A stretch of DNA of 64,000 bases from Eledone cirrhosa (lineage: Eukaryota), in NCBI GenBank assembly GCA_964016885.1, contig OZ024746.1, positions 29,760,001-29,824,000 on the forward strand, written 5' to 3'. Positions 13,838-28,506 of the stretch are shown here, in pieces; positions within the stretch are counted from its first letter, which is position 1; each line of letters begins with the position of its first letter. Below the pieces are notes generated by a model that was given only the letters and a program-made list of their open reading frames with translations, ran no database searches and was not told the DNA's origin. The translations under genes and the position numbers were made by a program.

Positions 13838-14121
13838 CGTCAGCTGGAGCAGGGGGAAGTTACCCCAAAGACCCTTCGGAGTATCTCCATTTCGGCCGCC
13901 TGTATTCGGGATCGTATTCTATCGGTCATTACCCAGGATTCCTGACCGCAGGTAACGGTTGGGATGAATACCGAATTGAAGATGGCGACTTTGGCTTCTG
14001 CACCTATCCCCCTTCTGCTGATCACCGAATGCTGAAGCTGGTGCATTACTGTTAAATAATATTTTAATTCGGTGTTGTAGAGTTTGAGAGTTCGCTCCTG
14101 AGTGTTGGCAAATCCCCGCAC
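13838..14121 (-). pseudogene. RTE-clade LINE post-RT fragment
   Basis: AKVAIFNSVFIPTVTCGQESW...RIQAAEMEILRRVFGVT, typical of the RTE C-terminal region. Confidence 0.85.
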
Positions 14122-14435
14122 GGGGTATCAACAAAACACCACTACGAAAATCATTCTTTTTTCTAACGATATGGCTATGAATGTCTCGAAAGATAAATAA
14201 ATCTCATAGATCTGGGAAATCTATGGTTCCAAACCAAACATAAAATTCTAATATTGAAATATAAAGAATAAAACAAACAAATTTGAAAACAGTCGTGGTT
14301 GTAATGCTTGTAAGGAAGCTATTACTTATTTACGAACGGACGCACACACGCCCCCCACACATACACACTCTCTCTCTCTCACACACACATATATATATAC
14401 ACACACACACACGCACGCACACACACACACGCACG

Positions 14436-14520
<85 letters not shown>

Positions 14521-14534
14521 TTATATATATATAT

Positions 14535-14748
14535 ATTTATTAAATATAACAGATTAAAGTTTAAGCAAAGAATCGCTGCTTTCAGCCTTAACGAAGATCC
14601 CGTTAAGGGTGAAAGCAGCGATTCTTTGCTTAAACTTTAATCTGTTATTTTAATAAATATTTGCTCTACGGTTCTTATATATTTGATATATATTTATCCT
14701 TATCGAGCCCTCTTTGGATTTTAGTCTTCAAATTTATTATTATTACTA
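14535..14748. repeat. Asymmetric palindrome of the 30487-31226 family
   Basis: Axis ~14597; 14594-14748 is the reverse complement of 30487-30641. Confidence 0.9.
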
Positions 14749-14797
14749 TATATATATATATATATGTGTGTATATATATGTATATATATATATACAC

Positions 14798-14839
<42 letters not shown>

Positions 14840-14851
14840 GTGTATATACAC

Positions 14852-14925
<74 letters not shown>

Positions 14926-15376
14926 CCACCACATACATACTTACATTATATATTTTTTCACACACGGACATATGTTTTGATCTTTGCAAATATATACATG
15001 TATATTTTATATATATAAAAGTTATATTCATCAACACATAGAGATATAAAAACAGATATACCTGCACACGTCATCCCCTAAATATATTTTATCTCAATGT
15101 CCAGATAATAAACCTCATAAATCCCCACGAATTAATTTAACAAAAAAGGAACAGAAAAAAACCCCCACACCAAGCGAGAAAGAAAACCAAACAAACAACA
15201 ACAACAACAAAAAAAAAAAAAAAAGATTTGACATGAACATTATTTCGCCAGGGGGATATAACTCGCTAGAATTAACTGACAAAAATCTATAGTTTATCAC
15301 TTCTACCTGTAAACAGAACATTACTGCTTTCAAACGTAGCCTTTTAACAAAATGTTACTCGCTGGCTTTTTGTCTT

Positions 15377-15429
<53 letters not shown>

Positions 15430-15759
15430 GTATACACACATATATACATATATAAATATACATAAATATACACACACACATATATATACACTCATATATA
15501 TATATATTTATATATACACACATGTATATATTCATATATATATATATACATATATATATATACATACATATATATATATACATATATACACACACACAAA
15601 TATATATATATGTGTATATATATATATATATTTATATATATATGTATACACACATATATACATATATAAATATACATATATATATATGCACACATATATA
15701 TATATATATACACACATATATATATATATATTTATATATACACACACATGTATATATTC

Positions 15760-15790
<31 letters not shown>

Positions 15791-15930
15791 CATATATACA
15801 CACACACAAATATATATATATATGTGTATATATATATATATATATAATATATAAATATAAACATATATATATACACACACACACACACGCACACACACAC
15901 ACACACGCACACACTCACACACACACACAC

Positions 15931-16051
<121 letters not shown>

Positions 16052-16554
16052 CATACACATCTCTGAGGTGGCATTTTAAAAGCCAATGACTTATTTCTTG
16101 CAAGGTAGTATCGATGTTGTTATTTTCTCTTTTTCTATGTTTGCATGTACAGTGTTCCGATTTTTTATTTGTTTATGTCTTTTACTTCTAATGGGTTTCT
16201 TTTTTTTTTCTTTTGAGAAAATTAATGGATGAGATTACAAATATTTCCCATAATGTGTTGTTGTTGTCGTCGTTGTTGTTGTTGTCGTTGTAGCTGTTTT
16301 TGTTGTTGTTGTTGTTTGAAATCTAAACTGTTTATTGTAAAATGTCAATAGGAAATTTCCTCTCAGTAGTCTTCCTATTCTATGAATGCCACATTGGTAT
16401 ACATAAATGATAGAAATGCTAGTGCCTCTCTCGACTCAACCCACACCATTCCAGACCATACCACATCACTCCAAAACACACCACACCATACCACACCACG
16501 CCACACTACACCACACTACACTATACACACCACACGCATACATCATACACACCT

Positions 16555-17190
16555 CTCACATGACGGAGGCTCGAGCTTACAGGCGATTTGTCGCACTACA
16601 ATTGATATACTCACCATTATAGACACTGCGACATCAATGGTGAACATGGTGTCGAGCCCCTGGCAGTGGAGACTTCTGGTGTCCATGCCGCTAGGGCCAT
16701 ATGGCCACCTCCCTGCTCACCAATATCGGCACAGAGTTGGCTACCCGCAGGTGTGAGCCTCGCGAGCTGGAATGGCTCTTCCAGCGCGTCTCCCTCAACA
16801 TCCGCTGAGTAAAGGCCTTCGCTATCCTGTTCATGAAGACTGCGGAGAAGCCACCTCATAGGCCCCATTTGATCACAATAGTTAGAGATGAGGAAAGCGG
16901 GAGAGACAGAGGCAGTGCCAATGGCAGTTTGCTTCTTTTGTGTTTGGACTTTGTTTATATATGTGTACATCGGTTTATAAAGCACATTACTCAATTGCTC
17001 GAACGAACCCCTTGCCGATTGAAAACTGCACAGTATAGTGACCTTTCTTAAAACCTGAGACAACTTAAGGAACCATGATATAATAAACTTAATGTGGTTA
17101 GCATTCAGGAGGAACTATATATGGTAGAAAGGAAGCACATGTCTGGCTGAGCATATGATACCCTCTCTTGTACGACAATAAAATAATTTT
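16555..17190 (+). pseudogene. CRE-like non-LTR retrotransposon 3' end (restriction-like endonuclease C-terminus)
   Basis: 16654-16830 translates, with an indel, to EPLAVETSGV...TSLLTNIGTELATRRCEPRELEWLFQRVSLNIR*VKAFAIL. This matches the FxPLAVETxG...WLFQRLSLAVxRGNA pattern. AATAAA at ~17177. Confidence 0.7.
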
Positions 17191-17943
17191 GCAATGCGCC
17201 CAGTAAAATTTGGAACGTAGTAGTTCTGAAAATTCACCCAGTACACACTGTAATATGGGTGGTTTTGGGAATAGTATTAAGTCGTAAAATGCATGTCAAA
17301 TATGATGAACGATATGAGGAAGATAAGGCTTCTCTGAAGTGTCAGGATCCGACCTGGACAACTTGTCCTACCTATGCCAGCATCGTAGACAGACAAAAAA
17401 TACGTTTAATCAATACACCAGGTACCATTTGGCCGCAATGTTGACTGGAGGGTGGTGAAATAAATTCTCTTTATGAAGGACACAATGCAGCACTGTGAAT
17501 TGGACTCTTGACCAACCTAACTACACGGCTCCGCACCTTTAAAACAGTCCAATTAGTGAGGTAAATTTCAAAATATTGGTAATGACAGTTCGAATTAGAT
17601 TCAATAACAAAGATAACACAATCGCATTTCATCCTGTGTGATGAAAGAACTTTGATAGACTATATATATATCTATATATATATATCTATATATCTATTTG
17701 TATATATATATATTTATATATTTATTTTTAAGCGTTGGTCAATCAATAATAAACATTGATTGCCAGCTATATTAACTATGGGGATATAAAATATACAGAA
17801 GCAAAAACCAATCCAAACCAAACAGCGAGAGTGTTTTCTTATTATTTCTGACAATATTATAACAATATGACCCTCCTCAAATATAACAATATTTGTTTCA
17901 GCATACGATTTCATCTCAAAAGCCTTGCAAAACAAAATCATCA

Positions 17944-18024
<81 letters not shown>

Positions 18025-18510
18025 GCACACATACACACACACATACACACACACAGACCGACACACACACAAATTCATTTTATTAATGCTGAATAGTGAT
18101 TCTTCATACTCTTAAGTTTCACCTATATGTGTGCCATTATCTGCGTCTGTGTGCTTCTCTCTCTCTCTCTCGCTCTCTCTCTCCCTCTCTCTGTATATAT
18201 ATTAGTAACCAGAAATTGTGTTTTTTTATACTTTTAACATTCTCGGTATTCTTCTATATATTTACCCCATATTGTTTTACTTATTGTTTCGACTTCCTCC
18301 CCCTCCCTAGTATACTTGCTTGATCTCCTGCCCTGCTGTAGTTGACACTATCAACGCACGACAGGGTTTCCTCCACCCCCTCTCCCTTTTTCTTCTACTG
18401 GCAGGTTCAGCTACCCCTTCCTTCCACAAATTGCCATGATAGAATTATGTGTCTCAACAACAAACTTTTGACCAATCCTTGTGACAATCACTTTTACCAT
18501 ATCTGGAATT

Positions 18511-18605
18511 ACCCCCTGAGAAGCTCGGCTATTCATATACCAGGATAAAAATGTTCATTTAGTCCAGAATTAGCCGTCGAAACGGCTTGAGCTCAGACGT
18601 CGGGG
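18511..18605 (+). ncRNA. Hammerhead-like motif with A8 core (family also at 6711-6806 minus and ~7620-7711 plus)
   Basis: ACCCC-CTGAGAA-G..CGGCTA...TAGCCG.C-GAAA-CG...CG-TC-GGGG. The 7680 copy has a full CGGC/GCCG stem III and a GUC triplet. Confidence 0.6.
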
Positions 18606-18618
18606 CCCTACTCGTTCC

Positions 18619-18649
<31 letters not shown>

Positions 18650-19248
18650 GTATTAGTGTGTCTGTGCATCTTGCAGGTGATCCTTTCCTATAAATTGTTA
18701 TGTATAATCTGTGCACAACCTTTCAATTAAAACATTCTGTTTCTGATCTGAATTCCCAACGATGTTCGATTTTCATCGAAGGTTGAAATATAACCTAAGG
18801 CATAATTCTATGGATTGCTTTTCATGTTACAGCTATATATGAAAATATGGGTGTATGCATGTATATAAATATATATGTGTACTTGAGTATGTGCTTACTT
18901 ATATATATTTATATGTATGTGTACGTATATATATATATGTAGATATGTATATATGTATGCGTATGTATATGTATATCTGTTTATATAAGTATGGGGATAT
19001 ATATGTATATATGTTTGTATATGTATATATGTATATGTATATCTGTCACTCTCTCTTTATATATATGCCATATGCCTGTGAGTATGTCTGAGTATATCTA
19101 AAGAAATACGCACACACATACATACTCTCTATCTCACATACACACATGAATGTGTTTATACTGAGGTTTTCATTTCGTGACGTGTGTGAATTCCTATTCC
19201 GTTTGCATGACAGCTTCAGGACAGATCTGGGAAACGAAACATTAATAG

Positions 19249-19294
<46 letters not shown>

Positions 19295-19299
19295 AGAGA

Positions 19300-19354
<55 letters not shown>

Positions 19355-19544
19355 AGAGAGAGAGTGAGAGAGGGCGGGAGAGAGAGAGATATTGAATTAG
19401 AAATCACCATCAGAACCAATTTAAGAATACTTCTTTTTAAAATATCACGCTAGACTTAACTACTAGCAAGTGGTTGCCCTGTCAAAAAGACATAAATACA
19501 AAAAAAAAACAACACATATATAGATAGACATCAGTAGATTTATA

Positions 19545-19888
19545 AAACTGCTTAACCAACAGTAGTTTTACACCACAATCTAACCATCAGCAGCTTTACA
19601 CCACAATCTAACCATCAGTAGATTTAAATCACAATCTAGCCATCAGTAGATATATATCACTATCTAACCATCAATATCTTTATACCATAATCTAACCATC
19701 AATAGGTTATACCATGATCTAATCATCAATTTATTTATACCATGATCTAACCACCAATATATTTATACCATGATCTAACCACCAATATATTTATACCATG
19801 ATCTAACCATCAATAGGTTATACCATGATCTAACCATCAATATGTTTATACCATGATCTAACCGCCAGAGGATCACAATCTAACCATG
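19545..19888. repeat. Minisatellite, ~24-25-bp unit
   Basis: TTTATACCATGATCTAACCATCAATA repeated ~13 times. Confidence 0.9.
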
Positions 19889-21176
19889 CCCAAGAAAAGA
19901 CAGAAACCAATTAACAATGTGAGTGTTCCAGATCAACCTGATCGTGAAACCGTTGAGCCTTTCGCTGACACTTGCATTTTTAAAGGAATTCTCAGGGAGA
20001 TTCAGCGTGCCATATTGTAAGACAAGGCTGCCCCTTTAAATTACAAGTACAATACAAATTTTCCAGCTGATTAGAGAGGAGAAACATGAAATAAAGTGTC
20101 TTGCTTATGGAAACAACTAGTCTGAGAGCATTAAACTCACGGTTTTTAGTAGAGCCCACTAACCACTAAACCACGAATCTTCACACATATTGATATTGTT
20201 CCTACGATTGGCACAAGATCAGCAATTTGAACGGGGAGGGAGGGATGTCGATTACATCGACCCAGTGCATTACTGGTATTTTATGTTATCGATCTCGTAA
20301 GGATGAAAAGCAAAGATAAGCTCGACGGGATTTGAACTGAACATGCCGCAAAGCATGTTGTTGAATGCTCTAGCGTGTGCCACAAGGCCATGACAGTGTA
20401 TGACAAGGCCGGTTCTTTAAATTATAGGTACAATCCATCTGATGGGCTTCCATACAGTCTCTGTCTACCCAGTTTCAGTGATAAAGCGTTGCCAAAATGC
20501 TATAGTAAACGATGCATGAATAACAAACCAAGAAATGGTATCGAACCAGGTTCTTATTGATTGAAAATCGAATTTCTTATCCATTCGGCCATGTGGCGTT
20601 CAGTACAATTACATATGTAGAAACCCACACACACAAACACACACATAACCACGCACATAAACACAGGGATATACACACAAACACACACATCAATATACAT
20701 CTACTCACATCCACATACAAAAGCACATTTACACACATACACACAAAGAACGCACATAAATATATGTACACACGCATGCACACACATACACACACAAACA
20801 CAATCATGCTCACATATTGGCACAATATATCCACACACACACATATATCAACACACATACACACGTCGACACATTGACAGCTACGGTATGACAGTTTATA
20901 GTGTCAGTAACTACAACAGGAATTGATAATGGCGACTGCATTATTGATGACATATAGAGTAGTGGTTGTCTAAAGCTGGCCACTGATTTCTCAATATTTA
21001 ATTATTAATAACCTCCACAACATTAAAGTTCAGCAATACAGACTGGCTAACTGGGCTGTGAGTAATTTTATGGTGGTGCACGTTTAATACACTAACAGAA
21101 ACACACACACACACACACACGCGCGCGCACACACATTTATATATATATATATATATATGCGTATATACATGTATGC

Positions 21177-21243
<67 letters not shown>

Positions 21244-21378
21244 TGCATACATGTATATACGCATATATATATATATATATATGGAAAGTTATATTTGACT
21301 GCCAAATCAACCTCCCAAATGCAAGGTGATTGAAAGGTATGTCGTATCTATTTATTTATAAGACTGTTTATATTGTAT

Positions 21379-21434
21379 TTTGTCTGAAGAAGGCATAACA
21401 TATTGTTAATATGATATCCCTGAAATATATATAA
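21379..21434 (+). ncRNA. Minimal hammerhead (same tail family as 23528-23870)
   Basis: TTGt-CTGAAGA-AGG...CCT-GAAA-TATA-TA-TAA; the downstream tail matches 23826-23869. Confidence 0.65.
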
Positions 21435-21478
21435 CGAAATAAATATGGTTTTATAAATATAGTTTCCATTTATTTAAT

Positions 21479-21534
<56 letters not shown>

Positions 21535-21781
21535 TGCATACATGTATATACGCATATATATATATAAATGGAAAAAATGAAACAACATTTCATTTCTCAC
21601 TCTTAGTACGGCTGTTACTTAAATATAAGTATGTATGCGTACATACATATATGTATACAGACGTACAGTAGTATGTATATATATACATACATGCACACAT
21701 ATATATATATATGTACGTATGGATTTACCGAACATTTATTATAATGCTCGGTTTGTTTGTAAACAAACATCCCGAATTAAG

Positions 21782-23460
21782 CTAAGTCATCCGCATAGTC
21801 AGCGTCGGTGATTTTCTGAGCTGCATGGCGTCTACACTTTCGCTTTGTGAGAGTGAAACCAAGCTCTAAGTTTTCGTCCAGGGATTTTCTCAATACTTAG
21901 TCGAGGCAGATGATAAAAATATATGGTGCAAGAGTATCCCCTTGGAGTACTCCTGCAATGATGTCAAAGAAGTTGGTATCTCCATCAGGTGAGAGCACCA
22001 TTGCGCGGGTGTTTTTATATAATATCATGATGGCATTTACTGTTTCCTTTGGCAAGCCGTAGGCTAGAAGTATCTCTCTCATCCTCCCACGATGGGTGGA
22101 ATTGACTGCTTTAGAAAAGTCAATAAACAGGTGAGCTGCTGGGAGGTTTTTGGCTTTTACGGCTTCCAAGATACGCCGAATAGTAAGTATTTGCCCTGAT
22201 GTTGATCTGTTGGTGCGGAAGCCATTTTGGTTTTTTCTCAGCAAGGGGTCAATGACAGGTCTTATTCTGTCAAGTAACATGTATATCTTTGCGGCAATTG
22301 CCATTAGTGTTACGCCACAGTAGTTTTTAGCCATTCCAAGATCGCCCTTTTTGGGAAAAGGGTGTATACATTCCTCAGTCCATTTGTCTATGGGGTCTTG
22401 ATTATAGACATCATTACACAATTCTAGTTGGATTGGGGGTAATTCAGGTACCTTCCACACTTCAGTTGGGATCTCGTCGAGGCGCACGCTTTTCCGTTAC
22501 CAATACTTTTCACTACTTTCTGTAGTTCCTCCATAGTGAAAAGCCCTTCTGTATTTGCTGTTCCTCTGTAAACACGGGTATTATTTCTTCTTCGATGATC
22601 TGTGGTGCTTTGCCAAGTAGGTTCTGAAAATGTTGTTGCCACAGTTTTAAACGTTCGTCTTGGCTGGAGGCTTTCAATTTGGCTCTGTCACTACTTTTTC
22701 TGCCACTAATTTCATTGACAGATTTCCAGGCCCCAGCATACCTCTTATTGATGACAGTACTTGAGATATGATTGATCTTTTTCTGCATGTATTCGGCTTG
22801 CTCAATTTCATACTCACTTTTCAGTGCTGTACAAGCAGCATTGAAGTTAATAATGTTTTCTGGATATCGTTGAGTGTCTTTCAATTCTGCAACTTTTCGC
22901 AACTCTTTGCGCTTTTGGCGTATGCTCTCTGTGTCCCAGGGTTTTAGTTTTTTAACCTTGGGTTTTAAAAGGATGGTGTCGGCTGTGGCCTTTTTGAATG
23001 CCATTTGAAAGTGGTTAAATGTAGAATTTGACGATTTTGTTGGCGTAGAGTCTTGTAGGGCAGCAAATCGGTTGCTCAGTTGGATTACAAAGGTTTTGTA
23101 AGTCTCAGGATTGGTATTCAGAACTGCTCAGTTGTAAGGAGTAGCATTTGCAGATTTATTTTTATCCACTCGGAGACTTAATCGTATCTTAGCCGAGACA
23201 ATGCGATGGTCCGAGTCAACACTAACAAATGAGTCATATGCTCTGCATTTTTTTTGCGCTGTTCTTCGATTTTCGATTGATTATGATATAATCCAGTTGT
23301 ATCTTGTCGCCATTTGGAGATTTGTGTGTCCACCGCTGGCCTGGTCTTTTTTGGAATATGGCGTTGAGACATCGTAAATTGTTCTCCCAGTAATCTTTTA
23401 GCATACAACCGTTACTATTGGTTTGTGAGTGGTAGAAGGGGTATTTAATTTGTTTTGAAG
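21782..23460 (-). pseudogene. RTE-clade LINE ORF2 fragment (APE endonuclease end + RT), frameshifted
   Basis: PFPKKGDL..KNYCGVTL, NQNGFRTNRST, FIDFSKA, GVLQGDTLAPYIFIICLD and TDADYADDL at the left end. QLDYIIIN/SDHRIV-like endonuclease motifs near 23200-23300. Confidence 0.92.
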
Positions 23461-23527
23461 TCCGACAAATATAAATGTTTATAACTAATTTAGAGCCCTC
23501 AACAGTTTACTGGAGTAAATATTCGAT

Positions 23528-23987
<460 letters not shown>

Positions 23988-24001
23988 TATGCATATATAT
24001 G

Positions 24002-24033
<32 letters not shown>

Positions 24034-24047
24034 TATGCATATATATG

Positions 24048-24133
<86 letters not shown>

Positions 24134-24242
24134 TAAACGGAATAGAAAATGCAGACAAATTGTTCACAGTTGAAAAATTAGGAATAAAAGAGTATTAGTG
24201 ATTGTATGGGTTAGTATTCAGTTGTGGTTTTAAGTTTTTAAG

Positions 24243-24280
24243 TTTTTACCGGTTGCGCATTTCTAAATGCTTTTCAAAAA
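24243..24280 (-). ncRNA. Hammerhead with U3-A8 core, GAAA>GCAA
   Basis: Minus strand: TTT-TTGAAAA-GCATTT ag AAATGC-GCAA-CCGG-TA-AAA. Confidence 0.6.
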
Positions 24281-24292
24281 TTTTTAGATAGA

Positions 24293-26113
24293 GTGTCCGT
24301 GTTGTTAGAAAACAACACATACTATGAAAAAACAGAAAACTACAAACACACCAAAACAATGGGGAACCTTTTGACCTTACTGAATAAATACCGCAACAGC
24401 TTAACCACAAAAGAGTTTAACTATATAAGCCACTTCAAATGCAATACAAGCTCTTTTTACGGCTTACCGAAACTCCACTAATGTAAACCCATAAACGATG
24501 CATGTGACACCTCAACCAACAATTACATTGAACTAACACCACCAGAAGACCTAAAACTCAGGCCAATTATAGCAGGCCCTACATGTGAAACCCACAGACT
24601 TAGCAACTTTCTGGACATCCTACTGAAACCCTTTCTACAACATATACAGAGCTACATACGAGATGACCTTGACATGCTGAAACACCTCCCTAAAACAGTA
24701 AGTGCAAATACAATTCTTGTCTCCTTTGACGTAATAAACCTCTACACAAACATACCCCACAACTATGGAATAACAGCAGTCCAATACTGGCTTAACACAC
24801 ACCCATCAGAAATACCGACACGCATCAACAAAGATTTTATCACTGACGGACTCCGCTTTATCCTACAAAATAACTACTTCACATTCAATGGTTCAACATA
24901 CAGACAAGTATCAGGTACGACAATGGGCACGAAAGTAGCACCCACATATGCCAACCTAGTCATGGGATTCCATGAACAACAAATATACAGTCAGTCCCTT
25001 CTCTTATTTGGAGACTCTTTCCACACACACCTCAAAGCCAATTGGAAAAGATATCTAGACGACTGCTTTATCCTATGGCAAGAAGACATGAACTCACTTA
25101 CTATGTTTAAAAACATGATAAACAACATAGATAATAACATACAATTCACAATAGAATCCAATCCCAAGGAATCAGCCTTCTTGGATATTCTCATCTCTGT
25201 AATAGACGGGAAATTAGATACAGATATATTCTATAAACCCACAGATTCCAAGCAATACCTCTTTTTCACATCAAGTCACCCAAAACATACAAAACTTAAC
25301 ATTCCTTACAATTTGGCCAAACGTATATGTACCATAGTATCAGATCCACCTAAACGGGAGCAAAGACTAAAGGAACTAAAAGACACCCTTATCTTAAGAG
25401 CCTTTCCACTTGAAATAATCAACAATGGAATAGACAGGGCAAAACACCTAAATCCCCATCAACTTAACAATCCAAAACAGAAAACCACACTCAACACCCT
25501 GCCATATGTATCCACTTTCAACCCCAGAAATACCGAAATGTTTGATCACCTACACAAAAACCTCCCCATCCTACTTAAAGATGTAAAAATGAAGTCTATT
25601 CTTGAAACACACAAGATCCTTAAAAGTAAAAGACAACCCAAATCACTAAAACGCATTCTCACTGGACCAAATATACCCAAACCAATCCTCAACCCTACAG
25701 TTACCAAATGTGGTAGAACAAACTGTGGAACGTGCCTCTACCTCACTGAAGGACAAAAATTTACATTTAAAGATGGCCAAACATTTACAGTAAAAAACAA
25801 TTTCACCTGCAACTCGGAGAACTTGATTTACGCAATAACTTGCGGTGGGTGCAAACACAACTACATAGGACAGACGGGCACCTCATTACGCAAAAGAATC
25901 ACCATCCACCGCCAACAAATCCGGGACGCTAGTACAAGAAAAATCCCCTTGAGCAGCCATATTGCGAACTGCGCAGGAATGACACTACCCAACTTTAAAA
26001 TCTTCCCCTTCTACAAGTGCTCAGATTCGTTCACACAGCAACAAAGAATAAACAAAGAAAATCTATTCCTTAACAAATTTAAACCAAAACTAAACGGGTT
26101 ATCACCCCAATAG
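24293..26113 (+). pseudogene. Penelope-like retroelement ORF (reverse transcriptase + Cys-rich linker + GIY-YIG endonuclease), 5'-truncated, one premature stop
   Basis: ORFs 24293-24481 and 24674-26113 are in the same frame, separated only by TAA at 24479-24481 (FYGLPKLH*, expected K). The intervening codons read ...LKLRPIIAGPTCETHRLSNFLDILLKPF. Motifs: SFDVINLYTNIP, GTTMGTKVAPTYANL, RYLDD, FLD..I, YKPTD, CGRTNCGTC linker, LIYAITCGGCKHNYIGQT, RITIHR (Neptune-like). Confidence 0.95.
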
Positions 26114-26504
26114 AATTGTCATAAAATATAAACACACATACGCACGGAGTGACAGATATATGTGTTTGTATGTGTGCATGTATATAATTATCACTACCAT
26201 TAAAGACCAGAGACCAATTCTGTAGAATCAGGTTTATTCGTTGACAGACCATGCCTTTGTGTGACCAACACATCCATGTTAAACCCTGCACGTGCACACA
26301 CATATATCTATATATATATGCGCACACAGAATTCACCACTGTCGGTTGCGGGGCCCAATCTACATGAAGAACTCAATGTGATCAGAATGACTTGTATTTT
26401 AATTTCACTGCCCTAACTTCTTATATTATGGAAACAATATATGTGTATGTATGTATATATATATATTTGGAGGCCATTTCTCTGTGTGTGGGTGTATGTA
26501 TGTG

Positions 26505-26546
<42 letters not shown>

Positions 26547-26731
26547 TGCATGTGGATGTATGTATTGTGTGTGTGTGTGTGTGTATGTATGTGTGTATCT
26601 GGATGTATGCGTATGTGTATATATATATATATGTGTGTGTGTGTGAATATATATGTGTGTGTATGTGTATATATGTGTGTGTGTGTGTGTGTATGTATGT
26701 GTGTATCTGGATGTATGTGTATGTATATATA

Positions 26732-26766
<35 letters not shown>

Positions 26767-26837
26767 TTGTGTGTATGTGCATATATGTGTGTGTGTATGT
26801 GTGTATGTATATGTATGTGTGTGTGTATGTATGTGTG

Positions 26838-26874
<37 letters not shown>

Positions 26875-27226
26875 ATGTATATGTATATGTATGTATGTGT
26901 GGATGAAGGTATGTGTGTATATATAGGTGTAAGTGCACTAAATCCCTTTCTATCAATCTCCCCTCTCCTACCGAGCACAGGAAGATATATGTATGTAAAT
27001 TGCTTCCACCCCCTCACTGACCAGCAGCTGGCCATCTGGCCATTGCTAAATTTGACCTTTATAAAATAACCCACACCCCCAAATAACTTCTCATTCACTA
27101 CCAGAAGCAGTCAACGAGCTGCTACCAAGATGAAAACTACTATGAAATCCCACAATGAATTTCATACTTGAATTTTCAAATCTCAAATTTTAACTCTTCT
27201 TATTATTAATTTCTCTTAATATTAAT

Positions 27227-27275
27227 CAACATTTGAAAAGATGGCTTTTGCAGACCCATCGAAACCGGTCATTTT
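27227..27275 (+). ncRNA. Hammerhead with U3-A8 core in the PLE 3' terminus
   Basis: AACAT-TTGAAAA-GATGG cttttgcagac CCATC-GAAA-CCGG-TC-ATTTT. Confidence 0.75.
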
Positions 27276-27405
27276 TTATACCCTTTATTATTTCCTTACC
27301 TTATAAAATTATATGTTTTTTCACAAAAAAGTATTCTGTCTCTTATATATTCCATGTGCCATTACCAACCTCAATTTTCTCTATAACCTTCGTTTTGTGT
27401 ACACT

Positions 27406-27457
<52 letters not shown>

Positions 27458-27505
27458 TAAGGAAAAGCGAAGTAGTTTCACATGTTCAAGTCTTTTAATA
27501 ATAAT

Positions 27506-27579
27506 GCTGTGATATATATTTCAATGGCGACGGTGGCCAAACTGTTCCGTGCGCCAGTGTCGCGACATCGTCAGACAGC
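27506..27579 (-). ncRNA. Type-I hammerhead with GC-rich extended stem II
   Basis: Minus strand: GCTGT-CTGACGA-tgtcGCGAC...GTCGCcatt-GAAA-TATATA-TC-ACAGC. Confidence 0.85.
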
Positions 27580-28320
27580 TTGTTACATAATAAGGTTATA
27601 TTTCCGAGGCAATCCAAATTGAATCGACATGGGAACGGACCAAGTGTGTGCTCTTGGGTTCTTCATCCATTCCCCTGTGAGTACCAATTCACCCTACCGG
27701 TCTGCGCAGGCGCAGGTCCGAAGGAAGTTAACCATTAGCTACCGCAGATTTCACCGAAATTCGCTTAGTCAGTTCCCCCTCTCTGCCAAACAATGACCCA
27801 TTCAGGCCTGCAATATAGCTTACTGCTATCTACCCCGTATGTGGCAGTCAGTCGAAAGCCATTGGGGATGGGAGAGTGTGAGTATCTATAGGTCTCAATA
27901 CTACTTCTCATTAAGCATGGACAGTATAATTGACCATCAACCTCTAAGAGAAAATATACTTAATTCTATGTATCATGGTTTCACAGCGGAAGTTATGAAT
28001 GAGAGTTGGAAATTAGAACTAATAATTAAAATTTAAAATCGAAAATCAGAAATCAAATATTAAAAATTAGAAATTAAAAATTAACAATTAAAAATTAAAA
28101 ATTTAAAATTTTTCAAGTGTGAATCTGGATTGAGGTGAGTAAAAAAAATATAGATTGAAGTGAGTAAATAATATGCAGAGAGATGTTTAAGTAAGATATA
28201 TATATATATGTAATAATATATATATTGGTCTTCTTTTAGTCCATAGAGCGCTCGCCGCATATCTCGAAATTTGCGTTCCGCTTTGTTTTTGGCCACCGCC
28301 GAAATACTATCTCGCTGAAA

Positions 28321-28373
<53 letters not shown>

Positions 28374-28391
28374 AATGTATATATATATATG

Positions 28392-28453
<62 letters not shown>

Positions 28454-28506
28454 GATATATTTATCAAACTTGGGTCAGTTTGTCTTCGTGACTCGTTCTT
28501 TCGATC

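Larger units (their letters stand above)
24130..27410 (+). mobile_element. PLE insertion including 5' inverted HHR-tail segment, ORF, microsatellite-rich 3' UTR and terminal HHR
   Basis: Bounded by (TA)n on both sides. Antisense HHR-bearing segment at 24130-24290, sense HHR at 27227-27275, tail ends in (TA)n at ~27410. Confidence 0.75.
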
